From the NCBI GenBank assembly GCA_963771045.1, contig CAVYRW010000004.1:1728001-1792000 (forward strand): 64,000 nt of DNA. The letters run 5' to 3'. Under the pieces are notes generated by a model. That model was not told the origin of the DNA. It ran no database searches and worked only from the letters and a program-made list of their open reading frames with translations. Positions within the stretch are counted from its first letter, which is position 1. Every line of letters begins with the position of its first letter. Positions 1 to 10,638 of the stretch are shown here, one piece after another. The translations under genes and the position numbers were made by a program. The stretch comes from Waddliaceae bacterium. GTDB lineage: Bacteria > Chlamydiota > Chlamydiia > Chlamydiales > SLFE01.

Positions 1-814
1 TAACAGTGACTGGCATCCCCTGCTTCAACAGCTCGTCTGGATTGTCGACAACGACGCGGATACGATAGACAAGGTCTGTCCTAAGCGTTGTGGTTTGCAC
101 GGTTTTGGGGGTAAACTCGGCGACAGGCGAGATAAACCCGATATGCCCTTTGTAAACAGGAAGATCGGGCGAATCGGTAAACACCTCCGCCTCCATTCCC
201 GGGAAAATATTGCCAAGCTCGGGCTCTGTGACATAGGCTCTTACCCAAACCGGCGAGGTGATGGACAGAGTATAAATCGGCTCTCCGAAGTTGACAACGG
301 CCCCCGGTTCTCTGACTCTCGTTAAGACGGTTCCGAGCGTCGGAGCAAACACTTCGGTGTCGTGGAACCTGGTTTCCGCTCTTTCAAGGGCTGCAAGCGC
401 CTCTTTGAAATCCTCACCAAGTCTCTCTGCTGTGTAGAGGGCCTCATCGTAATTTTCCTTCGATACGGCTCCGCTGCCCACAACCTCTTTCCGCCTCTTG
501 AGCACCCATTCGGCATTTTGAAAGGCTGCCTTTGCTGCCTGGGCCCTGGCCTTCGCTTGCGATACCTCCTCCAGATAAGGCTTAGGATCCAAAATCCCCA
601 TCAGCTGCCCCGGCTGAACAAGATCCCCCTCTTCAAACAGCATTGCCGCGACTCTTCCGTTGACTCTGAATCCCAAGTCCACCTGACGCACATCGACATT
701 TCCATAAAGAACCAGAGTCTGGCTCCGCCCTTCATTTTCTAAAAAAAAATAAATGCCGACCGCTGCTAGTCCGAGCAGAATAATACCGGCTGCGATAAAA
801 ATCTTCATTTTCAT
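1..814 (-). CDS. HlyD/YbhG-type efflux membrane-fusion protein (3' end runs off the window)
   Basis: Manual translation, absent from the ORF track: MKMKIFIAAGIILLGLAAVGIYFFL..LVLYGNVDVRQVDLGFRVNGRVAAMLFEEGDLVQPGQ...SPVAEFTPKTVQTTTLRTDLVYRIRVVVDNPDELLKQGMPVTV; both ends are in the same frame. Confidence 0.9.
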   Translation of the reverse strand, partial: MKMKIFIAAGIILLGLAAVGIYFFLENEGRSQTLVLYGNVDVRQVDLGFRVNGRVAAMLFEEGDLVQPGQLMGILDPKPYLEEVSQAKARAQAAKAAFQNAEWVLKRRKEVVGSGAVSKENYDEALYTAERLGEDFKEALAALERAETRFHDTEVFAPTLGTVLTRVREPGAVVNFGEPIYTLSITSPVWVRAYVTEPELGNIFPGMEAEVFTDSPDLPVYKGHIGFISPVAEFTPKTVQTTTLRTDLVYRIRVVVDNPDELLKQGMPVTV

Positions 815-860
815 AATAAGATTTTGTTATAGTCAAATCTTGATTTAAACAAAAGGCGGA

Positions 861-2036
861 GTGAAAATGGACGATCTGTCATTTGCTACAAAGGCCATTC
901 ATGAAGGGTTTCCACCCGAAGAAAAGACCGGAGCTGTTATGCCTCCGATTTATATGACGACGACATTCGCTCAAACATCGCCCGGAGTTCATAATGGCTA
1001 TGAATATACAAGAGCGAACAATCCCAACTTCGTCATGGCAGAAAAAACTCTTGCTTCTCTGGAGAATGGAAAATTCGCCACGGTTTTTTCATCGGGACTT
1101 GGCGGATTAACCGCTATGGTCTTAGGGCTGCTGAAATCGGGAGACCGCGTGCTTTCGCTAAACAGCGTTTACGGAGGAACTTACCGCCTGCTCACACGGG
1201 TGTTCAACCAATTCGGCATTGAGTTTAGCTCTCACCATTTCACTAATTTGGAATCATTGAAAAAAGAGCTTGAAACAAAACCCTCATGGCTTCTTATGGA
1301 ATCGCCTACAAATCCCCTTTTGGAAATATTGGATTTAGAGCCCATACTTAAGGCCGCAAAATCTTACGGCATTACAACTATCGTCGACAATACGTTTGCC
1401 ACTCCCTGCTTTCAAAACCCCCTAGGATACGGAGCCGATATCGTCTTGCACAGCACAACAAAGTACATTGGAGGCCACTCCGATGTCATCGGAGGGGCGG
1501 CTGTGACAAACAACCCTGAAATCAAACAGAAGCTTGATTTCGCCCGCATGGCAGCCGGTGTCAACCCGAGCCCCTTTGACTGCTGGCTCACACTCCGCGG
1601 CGTCAAAACTCTGGCCTTAAGAATGGAGCGGCATCATCAAAATGCTCTCGCCATCGCCGAATTGTTTGACCGCCACGCCCTCGTCAAAAAAACCTACTAT
1701 CCCGGACTCCCCACTCATTCCGGCCACGATATCGCGAAGAAGCAGATGAGAGGATTCGGAGGGATCGTCTCTGTCGAATTCGATCTGCCGCTAGAAGAAA
1801 CCAACCAGCTGATTTCCTCCTTTGAACTCTTTACTTTAGCGGAAAGCCTGGGCGGCGTGGAATCTCTTGTCAATCATCCGGCGCTGATGACCCATGCGTC
1901 TATCCCGGCAGAAGAGAGAAAAAAAATGGGAATCGGCGATGGACTTGTCCGCTTTTCTGTAGGCATAGAAAATATCGACGACTTAGTCTCTGATATTCAA
2001 CAGACTATAAATAAATTAACTGCAATTAAATATTAA
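861..2036 (+). CDS. Cystathionine gamma-lyase/synthase (PLP-dependent trans-sulfuration enzyme)
   Basis: YEYTRANNP, ESPTNP, DNTFATP, HSTTKYIGGHSD (PLP Lys), AESLGGVESL motifs. Confidence 0.95.
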   Translation: MKMDDLSFATKAIHEGFPPEEKTGAVMPPIYMTTTFAQTSPGVHNGYEYTRANNPNFVMAEKTLASLENGKFATVFSSGLGGLTAMVLGLLKSGDRVLSLNSVYGGTYRLLTRVFNQFGIEFSSHHFTNLESLKKELETKPSWLLMESPTNPLLEILDLEPILKAAKSYGITTIVDNTFATPCFQNPLGYGADIVLHSTTKYIGGHSDVIGGAAVTNNPEIKQKLDFARMAAGVNPSPFDCWLTLRGVKTLALRMERHHQNALAIAELFDRHALVKKTYYPGLPTHSGHDIAKKQMRGFGGIVSVEFDLPLEETNQLISSFELFTLAESLGGVESLVNHPALMTHASIPAEERKKMGIGDGLVRFSVGIENIDDLVSDIQQTINKLTAIKY

Positions 2037-2077
2037 TATTAATTTTTTGATACAATAGTATTTACAGGAGGTAATTT

Positions 2078-2491
2078 ATGAATAAATTAATTTCTTTTTC
2101 TGTTTTATTTTTTTGCGCGCAGCTAAGTTTATTTAGTTTAAACGCGCAACCATTTAATTCTCAGTCTCCTGAGACAAAAGTGAGAGAAGCGCCGCAGGAA
2201 CATTTATGTTACGCAATCAATAATCAGTTCACCATCAAAATAAGTCGACAAGTTGCTGAGGATAATACACTTAAGTTTGAACAAAAACTTTTCGACCCCA
2301 TATTGTTGGGACGCGATCCCGCTGGCGCTTTAATTCTGATTGGAAAATATCAGGATCAAGAAGAGCTTGTTCAGATTCCTGTCAGGTTTATCAACGACGC
2401 AGCTGTGCTGGAAACGAAAAACTTTATGATCACTCAACAAATGAAAGACCACGCTGCCGGCATGGTTTCAGAAGTCATTTGCGGACCTTAG
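2078..2491 (+). CDS. Secreted hypothetical protein, WYL-like domain, paralog 1
   Basis: AGGAG RBS, signal peptide ending SLNA, aligns with the next ORF (C.AI.NQ ... F.P.L.G....G.L.L.GK ... AAGMVS.V.C). Confidence 0.75.
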   Translation: MNKLISFSVLFFCAQLSLFSLNAQPFNSQSPETKVREAPQEHLCYAINNQFTIKISRQVAEDNTLKFEQKLFDPILLGRDPAGALILIGKYQDQEELVQIPVRFINDAAVLETKNFMITQQMKDHAAGMVSEVICGP

Positions 2492-2501
2492 GAGGTGAAT
2501 T

Positions 2502-2936
2502 ATGAGTAAAATACTTTCATTTTCAGCCATATTAGCTCTTGTCCCCCTAGCTGCTTTTTGTATAGATGTGCAGCTCGGCCCGTTGAATGTCAAAGCCTTT
2601 GAAGGACCGCCCCATGAAATGATTTTACCGACCGATCCGGGGCAGCCCATATGCGCGGCGATTACAAATCAATCGACTATGGAAATCCTCACGAAAAAAG
2701 TCGAAAAAAGCAAAGTCATATTGACAAAGCAGTATTTTGAGCCTGTGCTGGTTGGGAAAAATGACATCGGAGAACTGGTCCTTGTGGGCAAATTTTCCGA
2801 TGAAAATACCCTAATGGTATTGCCGCTCAAAGATATACAAAGCTTTATACCGATACCTTACAAAAGATTCCAAGTCACAGAAGATCTGATCAGCAAAGCT
2901 GCCGGCATGGTTTCCCAAGTCGTATGCGCAGGTTAA
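2502..2936 (+). CDS. Secreted hypothetical protein, WYL-like domain, paralog 2
   Basis: GGAGG RBS, hydrophobic signal peptide, same conserved pattern as 2078..2491. Confidence 0.75.
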   Translation: MSKILSFSAILALVPLAAFCIDVQLGPLNVKAFEGPPHEMILPTDPGQPICAAITNQSTMEILTKKVEKSKVILTKQYFEPVLVGKNDIGELVLVGKFSDENTLMVLPLKDIQSFIPIPYKRFQVTEDLISKAAGMVSQVVCAG

Positions 2937-2975
2937 AGGTTTCCGATTTTAATCTTATCATGTAAGTCTTAAGGT

Positions 2976-4760
2976 ATGGAAACGCAAACGGCTGTCATCA
3001 GCCTCGCCGCGATTATCGCGCTTGGCATTTCGGTTAAGTGGCTGAGCTGGGCCATCAAGGCCCCGTCAATTCTGCTTTTGCTCGCTGTCGGTTTTTTAGC
3101 AGGACCGATTCTGGGATGGATCAACCCCAAGCAGCTGCTGGGTCCTTTGCTGCTTCCCATTGTTTCGCTGTCTGTCGCCGTCATTTTATTCGAAGGGGGC
3201 CTGAACCTTAGATTTAAAGATGTCCGGGAAGTCGGCCATGTCATCCGGAATCTGGTCACTATCGGGGCCATAGTCGGGATGGGCCTGACTTTCCTGTTCC
3301 TTCATTACGTGCTTGGATTCACCCTGACCATCTCGCTTCTTGAGAGCGCCATCCTGATTGTCACAGGACCGACCGTGATTATCCCCATGCTCTCTGATTT
3401 GAATGTTAAAGAACCTATCCGCTCGGTTTTAAGGTGGGAAGGGATTATCATTGATCCCATCGGAGTGATGGTTGCGGTACTTATCTACGAAGGTCTCCTT
3501 CAGCAAAGCGTCACCGAAGCGCTCGGTGTCATCTCCATAGGAGTTGTTAAAACACTTGTCATCGGAGCTGTCATCGGTACTCTCGGGGCCTATTTTATTT
3601 TGCTTTTACTCAGAAAATACTGGCTGAGCGATGAACTGCACAACCCTGTCATTCTGATGATACTGTTTGTGACTTTCATCCTTTCCAATCTCTTTCAACA
3701 GGATTCGGGGTTGATCTGCATGACGATAATGGGAATGATCCTGGCCAATCAAAAGAAAACCCAAATCAGCCATATCGTCGACTTCAAAGAAAACCTGCGC
3801 ATCATTTTGATCGCGTTTTTGTTCATTATTTTAGCTGCCAGCATCGAACTTGAGGCCCTGCAAGAGACCCTCGGAGTCAGCTTGCTTCTTTTGGCTTTTC
3901 TGATTTTCGTCGCCAGGCCTTTAAGCGTTTTAGCTTCCACAGTGTTCTCGGAGCTGAGCTGGAAAGAAATTTTCTTTTTATCATCGCTAGCACCAAGAGG
4001 CATCATTGCCGCGGCAATATCCGCCCTTTTCGGATTGGAGCTGACCAAAATTGGATATCCCGATGCCTATATCATTGCCCCGATAACCTTCACGGTCATC
4101 GCAGGAACCGTCGTATTTTACGGGATCGCCGCCCCGCTGATAGCCAAATGGCTCAATTTGTCAAACCTCCCCGATCAGGGCATCCTCATTATAGGGGCCA
4201 ACACACTGGCAAGGCATATAGGCGAGGCTCTTGACGCGGAAAACTACAAGGTGCAGTTCATCGACACCGATTTTTGGAAAGTATCGGAAACCAAAGATTA
4301 CCGCCTCCCCGTTTATCACGGAAACTTTCTGACATTCGAATCGGATAACCCGCGTGGGCTCGAGGATATGGGAAAACTGATGGCTATGACCGAAAACGAC
4401 GATGTCAACAGCCTAGCTGCCATCCACTTTAGCGAACATTTTGATCAGGCAGGCCTCTACCAGCTCCCCGCCGCAACAGATAAAATCCCCGTCCGCCTTA
4501 TGGGAAGGCGTCTTTTTGGCGAAGGATACGATTTTCACCGCCTATCACGATACCTTGAAGAAGGCTATGAAATCAAATCCACTCGGATCACTGCCGAGTT
4601 TACCTACAATGATTGGGAAAACCAATATCAACACGAGGCGATCCCCCTCTTCTACATTCGAAAAGGGGGTGTTCTCATCCCTTTGACAACAGATAAAACC
4701 TCTCCTCCCGCAGCGGAAGGAAAGGTGATCTTTATGGCAAAGAAACTCAGCATAAATTGA
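2976..4760 (+). CDS. NhaP-type cation:proton antiporter (CPA1) with C-terminal TrkA_N-like domain
   Basis: ILFEGGL, VTGPTVI, WEGIIIDPIG, APRGIIAAA; many TM segments; GILIIGAN Rossmann-like tail. Confidence 0.92.
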   Translation: METQTAVISLAAIIALGISVKWLSWAIKAPSILLLLAVGFLAGPILGWINPKQLLGPLLLPIVSLSVAVILFEGGLNLRFKDVREVGHVIRNLVTIGAIVGMGLTFLFLHYVLGFTLTISLLESAILIVTGPTVIIPMLSDLNVKEPIRSVLRWEGIIIDPIGVMVAVLIYEGLLQQSVTEALGVISIGVVKTLVIGAVIGTLGAYFILLLLRKYWLSDELHNPVILMILFVTFILSNLFQQDSGLICMTIMGMILANQKKTQISHIVDFKENLRIILIAFLFIILAASIELEALQETLGVSLLLLAFLIFVARPLSVLASTVFSELSWKEIFFLSSLAPRGIIAAAISALFGLELTKIGYPDAYIIAPITFTVIAGTVVFYGIAAPLIAKWLNLSNLPDQGILIIGANTLARHIGEALDAENYKVQFIDTDFWKVSETKDYRLPVYHGNFLTFESDNPRGLEDMGKLMAMTENDDVNSLAAIHFSEHFDQAGLYQLPAATDKIPVRLMGRRLFGEGYDFHRLSRYLEEGYEIKSTRITAEFTYNDWENQYQHEAIPLFYIRKGGVLIPLTTDKTSPPAAEGKVIFMAKKLSIN

Positions 4761-5070
4761 TCAATTTTGTGGCAATGATTTTTGCAGCGGTCATGTCGTG
4801 GCTGCGCTGCGCTTTTAACGCTGTGACAACGGTATTGCAATCATTGCCCATCATTGTAATTTGCGAATTTTCAAGTGTATGCATACACGTCTGCAACTTG
4901 TCTAGAATTTGCTCCAATTCTTTTTTATCCAACTGCTTTGTTGAAATGTGGAACAAATTCGGATGGTTATGCTGAACCGAAATTTCAGAAACTTTATCGG
5001 ATTCGTTAAAGCCCACATAACAATGCGTTTTTTCACAATCGTGCGTTACCTTATAGTCTATTTTCTGCAT
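4747..5070 (-). CDS. Hypothetical protein
   Basis: 107 aa ORF with strong AAAGGAGG RBS; no family recognised. Confidence 0.65.
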   Translation of the reverse strand: MQKIDYKVTHDCEKTHCYVGFNESDKVSEISVQHNHPNLFHISTKQLDKKELEQILDKLQTCMHTLENSQITMMGNDCNTVVTALKAQRSHDMTAAKIIATKLINLC

Positions 5071-5192
5071 AGCGGCCTCCTTTGATTGAGTTAAATAAGA
5101 TCAAATAATCACAATCAGCCAATTAATTCAATTTTAACTTGAATTAAGCAATGCAATTCGGTAAATTCAACTACCTGCCAAGAGGGAAGAAT

Positions 5193-7049
5193 ATGGTCAA
5201 TAAGCGATTTTTTTCGTCCACCAGAGATACAGCCTACAAAGAATACCGGCAACAATTCCCATAATGCTGTGAAAAAGCACTCGCCAAGACCAAAATCTTT
5301 GAACAACCTTGATGAGAAACCTGGCGATCTTGAAAACCTTCTCAATGACCATTGCAGAGAAGGGACTTTGCATCCCGGAAATCCAATATGGAAACAATTG
5401 CAAATTCTAACAAATGGGATGACAATCGAAACCCTCGAAACAACTTTGGGAGATCTTTATTTCTTCAATGAAAATACCAATTCCCTTGATTCGGGGTATT
5501 GTTTTCTTGCGCTGATTAAATTAATCTTAAGCTTTAAAAAACCCCTACCCCTTCGAGAAAATTGCAGTCTTTTTAAATTGTAGTCACATACATATTCAAT
5601 CATGCCTGCAAGAATTTAATATAAAACGATTCCCCAACAACACGAAGTTTATCGATTTTATTCTCTTTAAAATCAGAGCGGAAACCTCCACTTGCTCTAC
5701 AGATTTATTCAGAATGAATCAACCTTTAGATATATCCAGAAAGCCTTAGCCTCGGTTCCTTTCCGCAAATGGGAGAATAAAGGAAGATCGCTCACCAATC
5801 TCCTTAAACAGTCCTCTCCTCAGGAACGTTTTCGTTTAATCAAGGAACTTAAAAATTCCAATTGCGATATAAAAACCGTTCTTATCGGCGAGCTTATGGA
5901 TAACATTAATTCAGCCAAAAGCCTCTTCGAAGCAGCCGCTCAGTTTGATGAAATCAGGAAAATGCTCCCTCATATTGCCCGCAGCGACTTTCCTCAGCTA
6001 TTCGGATGGCCCGGCCCTAATCTGATTAATAACGATCATTTTTATTTGCATCCTAAAAAAACCTTCCGTTTAAATGAAGGTTTTCAGGGCCCAATTTTCT
6101 CTTCCAAGTTCCGCCTGGCTTCCCTTTATCGCATACCCAATAGTCACATAATATGGCTTCTTTGCTTTCACGACACAACAAGAAGACTTATTTGGGGCAT
6201 CCCTTTAGAAGATGCTCCCTTTCATATTCAGCAAACGCCTTTTGGGATTGCCTTTATCTATAAAAATTGCGATGACCTGAATTTTGTCAATCCGGAAAAT
6301 GGTGAAATATCCTTTAAAGACTCCCTGCCGCAGCAACCCTGTCCTCGGAGATCAAATGTCAATCACTTCCTCGGGGTATTGTTTTCTGGCATTCGGTGAC
6401 AAGACTTTTCGGAGTAAAAGTTTCCGAAAATTGTCCGGAAAACAAAATTCATAAAAAAAAGGCCTGTGGGAGAATTGATCTGTTCCGAAGAGATGGCAGG
6501 TTTTCGCGATTGCGCCCTGAAAATAATGCACTTTGTTCTCCCAAGAAGGGAGAAAAACCCTATTGCCCAATTGCCCGGATTTCCTTTTTCATCAACAAAA
6601 TTTATACACTTTAAGGCAAAACCAAGAATCGACAATCATTTCGAAGCGGACAGTACAAAATGGCAGGATCTCGCGGCCAAGAGAAAATATGGAATATAGC
6701 CAAGGCGCTCTCAGCTTCATCGGAGGAATTGGCATCAACACCTTCATTTTTCAAAACACAACCTCCCGGCAAATCACTGCTTATAAACTTTGACAGAAAA
6801 AAAATAAGGGAGCTCGATTTAACTACTTCCAAAGTAAACTATTATATCGACCAGAAGCACAATCTTATCTGGACTATAGATGGGGAAACAAAAAAAATCC
6901 AAACTCATTCTCCTGATGAAAGCATGGAAATTGCCACTTTGTCGAATGCCTCCGAAGCTAAGCCGGTTTTCGTCACCGAAAATAAAATCTTATACTATAG
7001 CTGCGGCCGGAAAAAAATATGCTTTACGCCATTTCTGCAGCTGTCGTAA
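5193..7049 (+). pseudogene. Frame-broken large hypothetical (about 600 aa if joined) with beta-strand-rich C-terminal half; paralog of 14515..15537
   Basis: Consecutive same-strand fragments (5269, 5692, 6396/6466, 6660); C-terminus DQKHNLIWTID...KILYYS aligns with DQKTQTVWCLA...ERLYYL; breaks may be sequencing errors. Confidence 0.6.
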
Positions 7050-7795
7050 TTTATATTGTCTCCCTCCTGACTTTTTTTACAGGTTTCGGATTCGGAACCC
7101 TTATGCTCCCCGTCCTCATCATTACGACACCTCTACCCGTAGCTATTGTCTTAACGGCCTTCCTTCACTTTCTGAATAATCTGATCAAATGCGGTCTTCT
7201 TTTTAAGTCAATCGACCTAAAAACAGTACTCTACTTCGGGCTTCCCGCTATAGCTGGGTCGCTTCTCGGGTCATGGCTTATGGTATCCATGCTTCACTTA
7301 GAACCCCTTGCCGCGTACGTCCTTTTCGGCCATACCTTTTCAATCGAATACATCAAGATCTTAATTGGCCTCCTTCTTATCCTTTTAGGCGTCCTGAGAA
7401 TCCAGAGCCTCTATGACTTTAAGTCTATAAACCCCAAGCGACTCCCCTTGGGCGGACTCTTTAGCGGCTTTTTCGGCGGACTATCAGGATTCCAGGGAGC
7501 CTTGAGAAGCGGTTTTTTAATCAACTTGAATTTAAGCAAAGCCCGCTATATCGCCACGGGGGCCTGCATCGCGATCCTAGTCGATACCGCAAGGCTGGTC
7601 GTTTACGGGATCAGCTTCTATCATCTATTTTCGTTAGTCACCCCTAGTTTATTAACCATTGTGATACTTTCTGGGCTCCTGGGCATTCTGACAGGAATCT
7701 TTTTCCTCAAGAAAATCACCCTGGATTTTTTAAGGTCAGTCGTTTCATTCCTTCTTTTTGCCTTCGGCATCGCCCTTTGTTCTGGTCTGTTCTAA
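7019..7795 (+). CDS. TSUP (TauE/SafE) family membrane transporter
   Basis: TFFTGFGFGTLMLP and GGLFSGFFGGLSGFQGALRS repeat halves; about 8 TM. Confidence 0.88.
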   Translation: MLYAISAAVVIYIVSLLTFFTGFGFGTLMLPVLIITTPLPVAIVLTAFLHFLNNLIKCGLLFKSIDLKTVLYFGLPAIAGSLLGSWLMVSMLHLEPLAAYVLFGHTFSIEYIKILIGLLLILLGVLRIQSLYDFKSINPKRLPLGGLFSGFFGGLSGFQGALRSGFLINLNLSKARYIATGACIAILVDTARLVVYGISFYHLFSLVTPSLLTIVILSGLLGILTGIFFLKKITLDFLRSVVSFLLFAFGIALCSGLF

Positions 7796-7804
7796 TATTT
7801 ACCA

Positions 7805-9808
7805 TTGGTGTATGAAGATGGTATGAACAGCCAGCATCATTCCAAGCACAGCCATCATGAGATGATGGTAGCTGATTTCAAGCGCCGTTTTTGGGTCTCT
7901 ACTATTTTGACGATACCTGTGTTCATCCTGTCGCCGATGATCCATAAACTGATTGGCATTCATCAGCAAATGTCGTTTCCTGGCGACCTCTACATCCTCT
8001 TTGCCCTCTCGACAGCAATCTTTTTCTATGGAGGATGGCCCTTTTTAAAGGGGGCCTATAATGAAATCAAAAACCTCTCGCCCGGAATGATGACTCTGAT
8101 CGGCCTGGCGATCGCGGTGGCCTATATTTACAGCTCGTCGGTAGTCTTCGGTCTGAAGGGAAAAGTATTTTTCTGGGAACTGGCCTCCCTGATAGATATT
8201 ATGCTCCTCGGCCATTGGATTGAAATGAAATCCATTATGGGAGCGGGAAAAGCGCTTCAGAAGCTGGCCAAATTAATGCCTTCGGAAGCCCACTTATTAA
8301 AAGAAGATGGCAACACTGAAGATGTTCCGATAGACAAGCTGGAAAAAGGGGATAGAGTCCTCATCAAACCCGGCGAGAAACTTCCCGCCGACGGGATCAT
8401 CACAAAAGGGAAGACAAACATCAACGAGGCGATGATCACGGGAGAGTCGAAGCCTGTCGAAAAAGGCGAAGAGGACAAAGTGATCGGAGGGTCTATCAAC
8501 GGCGACTCGTCAATTACTGTCGAAGTAGCCAAAACAGGTAAGGATTCCTACCTCTCGCAGCTGATCAACCTTGTCGAGGAGGCGCAGTCGACCAAATCAA
8601 AAACCCAGGATATCGCAAACAAAGCTGCCTGCTGGCTGACGCTGATCGCCATCGCCTCCGGCACCCTCACATTCATTGTCTGGTTTGCGGTGGAATTAAA
8701 ATCCCTCTCCTTCTCGCTTGAAAGAACCGTCTCGGTTATGGTGATCACCTGCCCGCATGCTCTCGGACTAGCAGTACCGCTTGTCGTGGCTGTATCCACA
8801 GCCCTTTCTGCAAAAAACGGCCTGCTGATCAGAAATAGAACAGCCTTTGAAAGAGCCAGAAACATCAACGCGATTGTTTTTGATAAAACGGGCACTCTGA
8901 CAAAAGGCGAGTTCGGAGTGACCGATAAAATTTCTCTCCAAGACGATCTGCCTGAAGAGGAACTGATGAAATATGCCGCCTCAATAGAAAAAGAATCCGA
9001 ACATCCTATCGCGAGGGGAATCGCGGATGAAAGCAAAGAGACCTTTTCGGTAGACGATTTCAAGGCCATCCCCGGGAAAGGCGCCGAAGGAAAAGCTAAT
9101 GGCAAAACTATCAAAGTCGTCAGTCCGGGATATTTGAAAGAACATGATATTTCCATAAAAGACGATCGCGTCGGCAAGTTGAATGAAGAAGGGAAGACGG
9201 TGGTCTATGTTCTGATTGACGACAAACTTGCCGGAGCTATCGCCCTTGCCGACATCATCCGCGACGAATCCAAAGAGGCCATCGCGAAATTCAAAGAGAT
9301 GGGCATTCAGTGCATGATGGTGACCGGAGACAATCAAAAAGTGGCCGACTGGGTGTCGCAAGAGGTCGGACTTGACGAGGTGTTCGCAGGCGTCCTCCCT
9401 AAAGAGAAGTCGGAAAAAATCAAGGAGATCCAGCAAAGAGGGTTGGTCGTGGCGATGACAGGAGACGGCGTCAACGATGCTCCCGCCCTGGCTCAGGCCG
9501 ATATCGGCATTGCCATCGGCGCCGGAACCGATGTCGCCATCGAAACTGCCGATATTATTCTGGTCAAAAGCAATCCCCTGGACGCTCTGGCCATTATCAA
9601 GCTGGCCAAGGCAACCTACTGGAAAATGGTGCAGAACCTAGCCTGGGCGACAGGATACAACGCCATTGCCATCCCCCTTGCCGCCGGCGTCCTCTATGAG
9701 TATGGCGTCCTCCTCTCCCCTGCTGCAGCGGCCATCCTCATGTCCCTGAGCACAGTCATCTGCGCTGTCAACGCAAAGCTGCTCAAAATTCAAAAAGAAG
9801 AAACTTAA
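7805..9808 (+). CDS. copB: Copper-translocating P1B-3 type ATPase (CopB-like)
   Basis: His-rich N-terminus, TGES, CPHALGL, DKTGT, EHP, GDGVNDAP, YN..AIPLAAG, MSLST. Confidence 0.93.
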   Translation: MVYEDGMNSQHHSKHSHHEMMVADFKRRFWVSTILTIPVFILSPMIHKLIGIHQQMSFPGDLYILFALSTAIFFYGGWPFLKGAYNEIKNLSPGMMTLIGLAIAVAYIYSSSVVFGLKGKVFFWELASLIDIMLLGHWIEMKSIMGAGKALQKLAKLMPSEAHLLKEDGNTEDVPIDKLEKGDRVLIKPGEKLPADGIITKGKTNINEAMITGESKPVEKGEEDKVIGGSINGDSSITVEVAKTGKDSYLSQLINLVEEAQSTKSKTQDIANKAACWLTLIAIASGTLTFIVWFAVELKSLSFSLERTVSVMVITCPHALGLAVPLVVAVSTALSAKNGLLIRNRTAFERARNINAIVFDKTGTLTKGEFGVTDKISLQDDLPEEELMKYAASIEKESEHPIARGIADESKETFSVDDFKAIPGKGAEGKANGKTIKVVSPGYLKEHDISIKDDRVGKLNEEGKTVVYVLIDDKLAGAIALADIIRDESKEAIAKFKEMGIQCMMVTGDNQKVADWVSQEVGLDEVFAGVLPKEKSEKIKEIQQRGLVVAMTGDGVNDAPALAQADIGIAIGAGTDVAIETADIILVKSNPLDALAIIKLAKATYWKMVQNLAWATGYNAIAIPLAAGVLYEYGVLLSPAAAAILMSLSTVICAVNAKLLKIQKEET

Positions 9809-9812
9809 GATT

Positions 9813-9965
9813 ATGCCACAAGAAGATTTGATTGAATTGACAGTCGATTTTTTTAAAGCTATTGAAAGCAAAGACTGGTACAACCTGTCTAATATGCTCA
9901 CTGATGATTTTCAGTACTTCAGGCCGACTCCCGACCCTTCAATATTTTGGATTTCGTCAAAGTAA
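9813..9965 (+). pseudogene. Truncated SnoaL/NTF2-like N-terminal fragment
   Basis: Manual translation MPQEDLIELTVDFFKAIESKDWYNLSNMLTDDFQY..., ends after 50 codons at the edge of the toxin cassette remnant. Confidence 0.5.
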
Positions 9966-10045
9966 AAAGTCGATTGTTTGCCATATGACTCATTAACAAA
10001 AAAACTCATTTTCTCAAAATAGGAAGCAAATCATGGATTCCGATT

Positions 10046-10608
10046 TCACTCTAATTTCCAGTTTTTGAAGTACTCGGGTAGTTTACCTTGCTCGCGCAGC
10101 CTGTGAAGAGCTTGCTTAAACGTTTCGGATTGTTTTGTTATATAGCGATCACTGATTTCTTTATCTTGAGTAAAGTATCGTATATTTCCTTTATACAACC
10201 CCATTATACTAATTTCAGGATGTTTTTTCTGTTCATGGTTTTTCCCATAAATATAAATATCGATTTCAATATTTTCTATCTTATAAGGATATTGGGAAAG
10301 ATAGGGGCGTATATCTTCATCAGAATTGATCGCCTCCAAAAAATCACCCGAAATATCAGTGATTATAGCTCTTCCCTGATCTTTTGTTAAGGATCCAAAA
10401 GAGATAAAACTTAAAGAAAACGACGTGTATTCATTTGGACCCGTTTGTCCAAAACCTATCGAATCAAAATCATATTTTTTTGATGCCTGTTTAGCAACTT
10501 TATTTTGAATGGCACACCTTATAGCCGTGCGATCATTTGAGCGATTTTCATAGCAAACATCATAGATGTAAAAATAGCTAATAATATAAATAAAATAGAA
10601 AATTTCAT
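10046..10608 (-). CDS. Exported chlamydial hypothetical protein (putative immunity/partner), frameshifted near 10555
   Basis: AGGAG RBS then MKFSILFILLAIFTSM; second frame continues ..KQASKKYDFDSIGFG..LSFISFGSLTKDQGRAIITDISGDFLEAINSDEDIRPYLSQYPY. Confidence 0.65.
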
Positions 10609-10638
10609 TGTTCTCCTATTATTTATCTCTCAAAAATG

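Noticed and set aside
95..742. Plus-strand ORFs 95..325 and 362..742
   Set aside because: Antisense shadows of the minus-strand HlyD-type gene, which the track missed because its stop is outside the window
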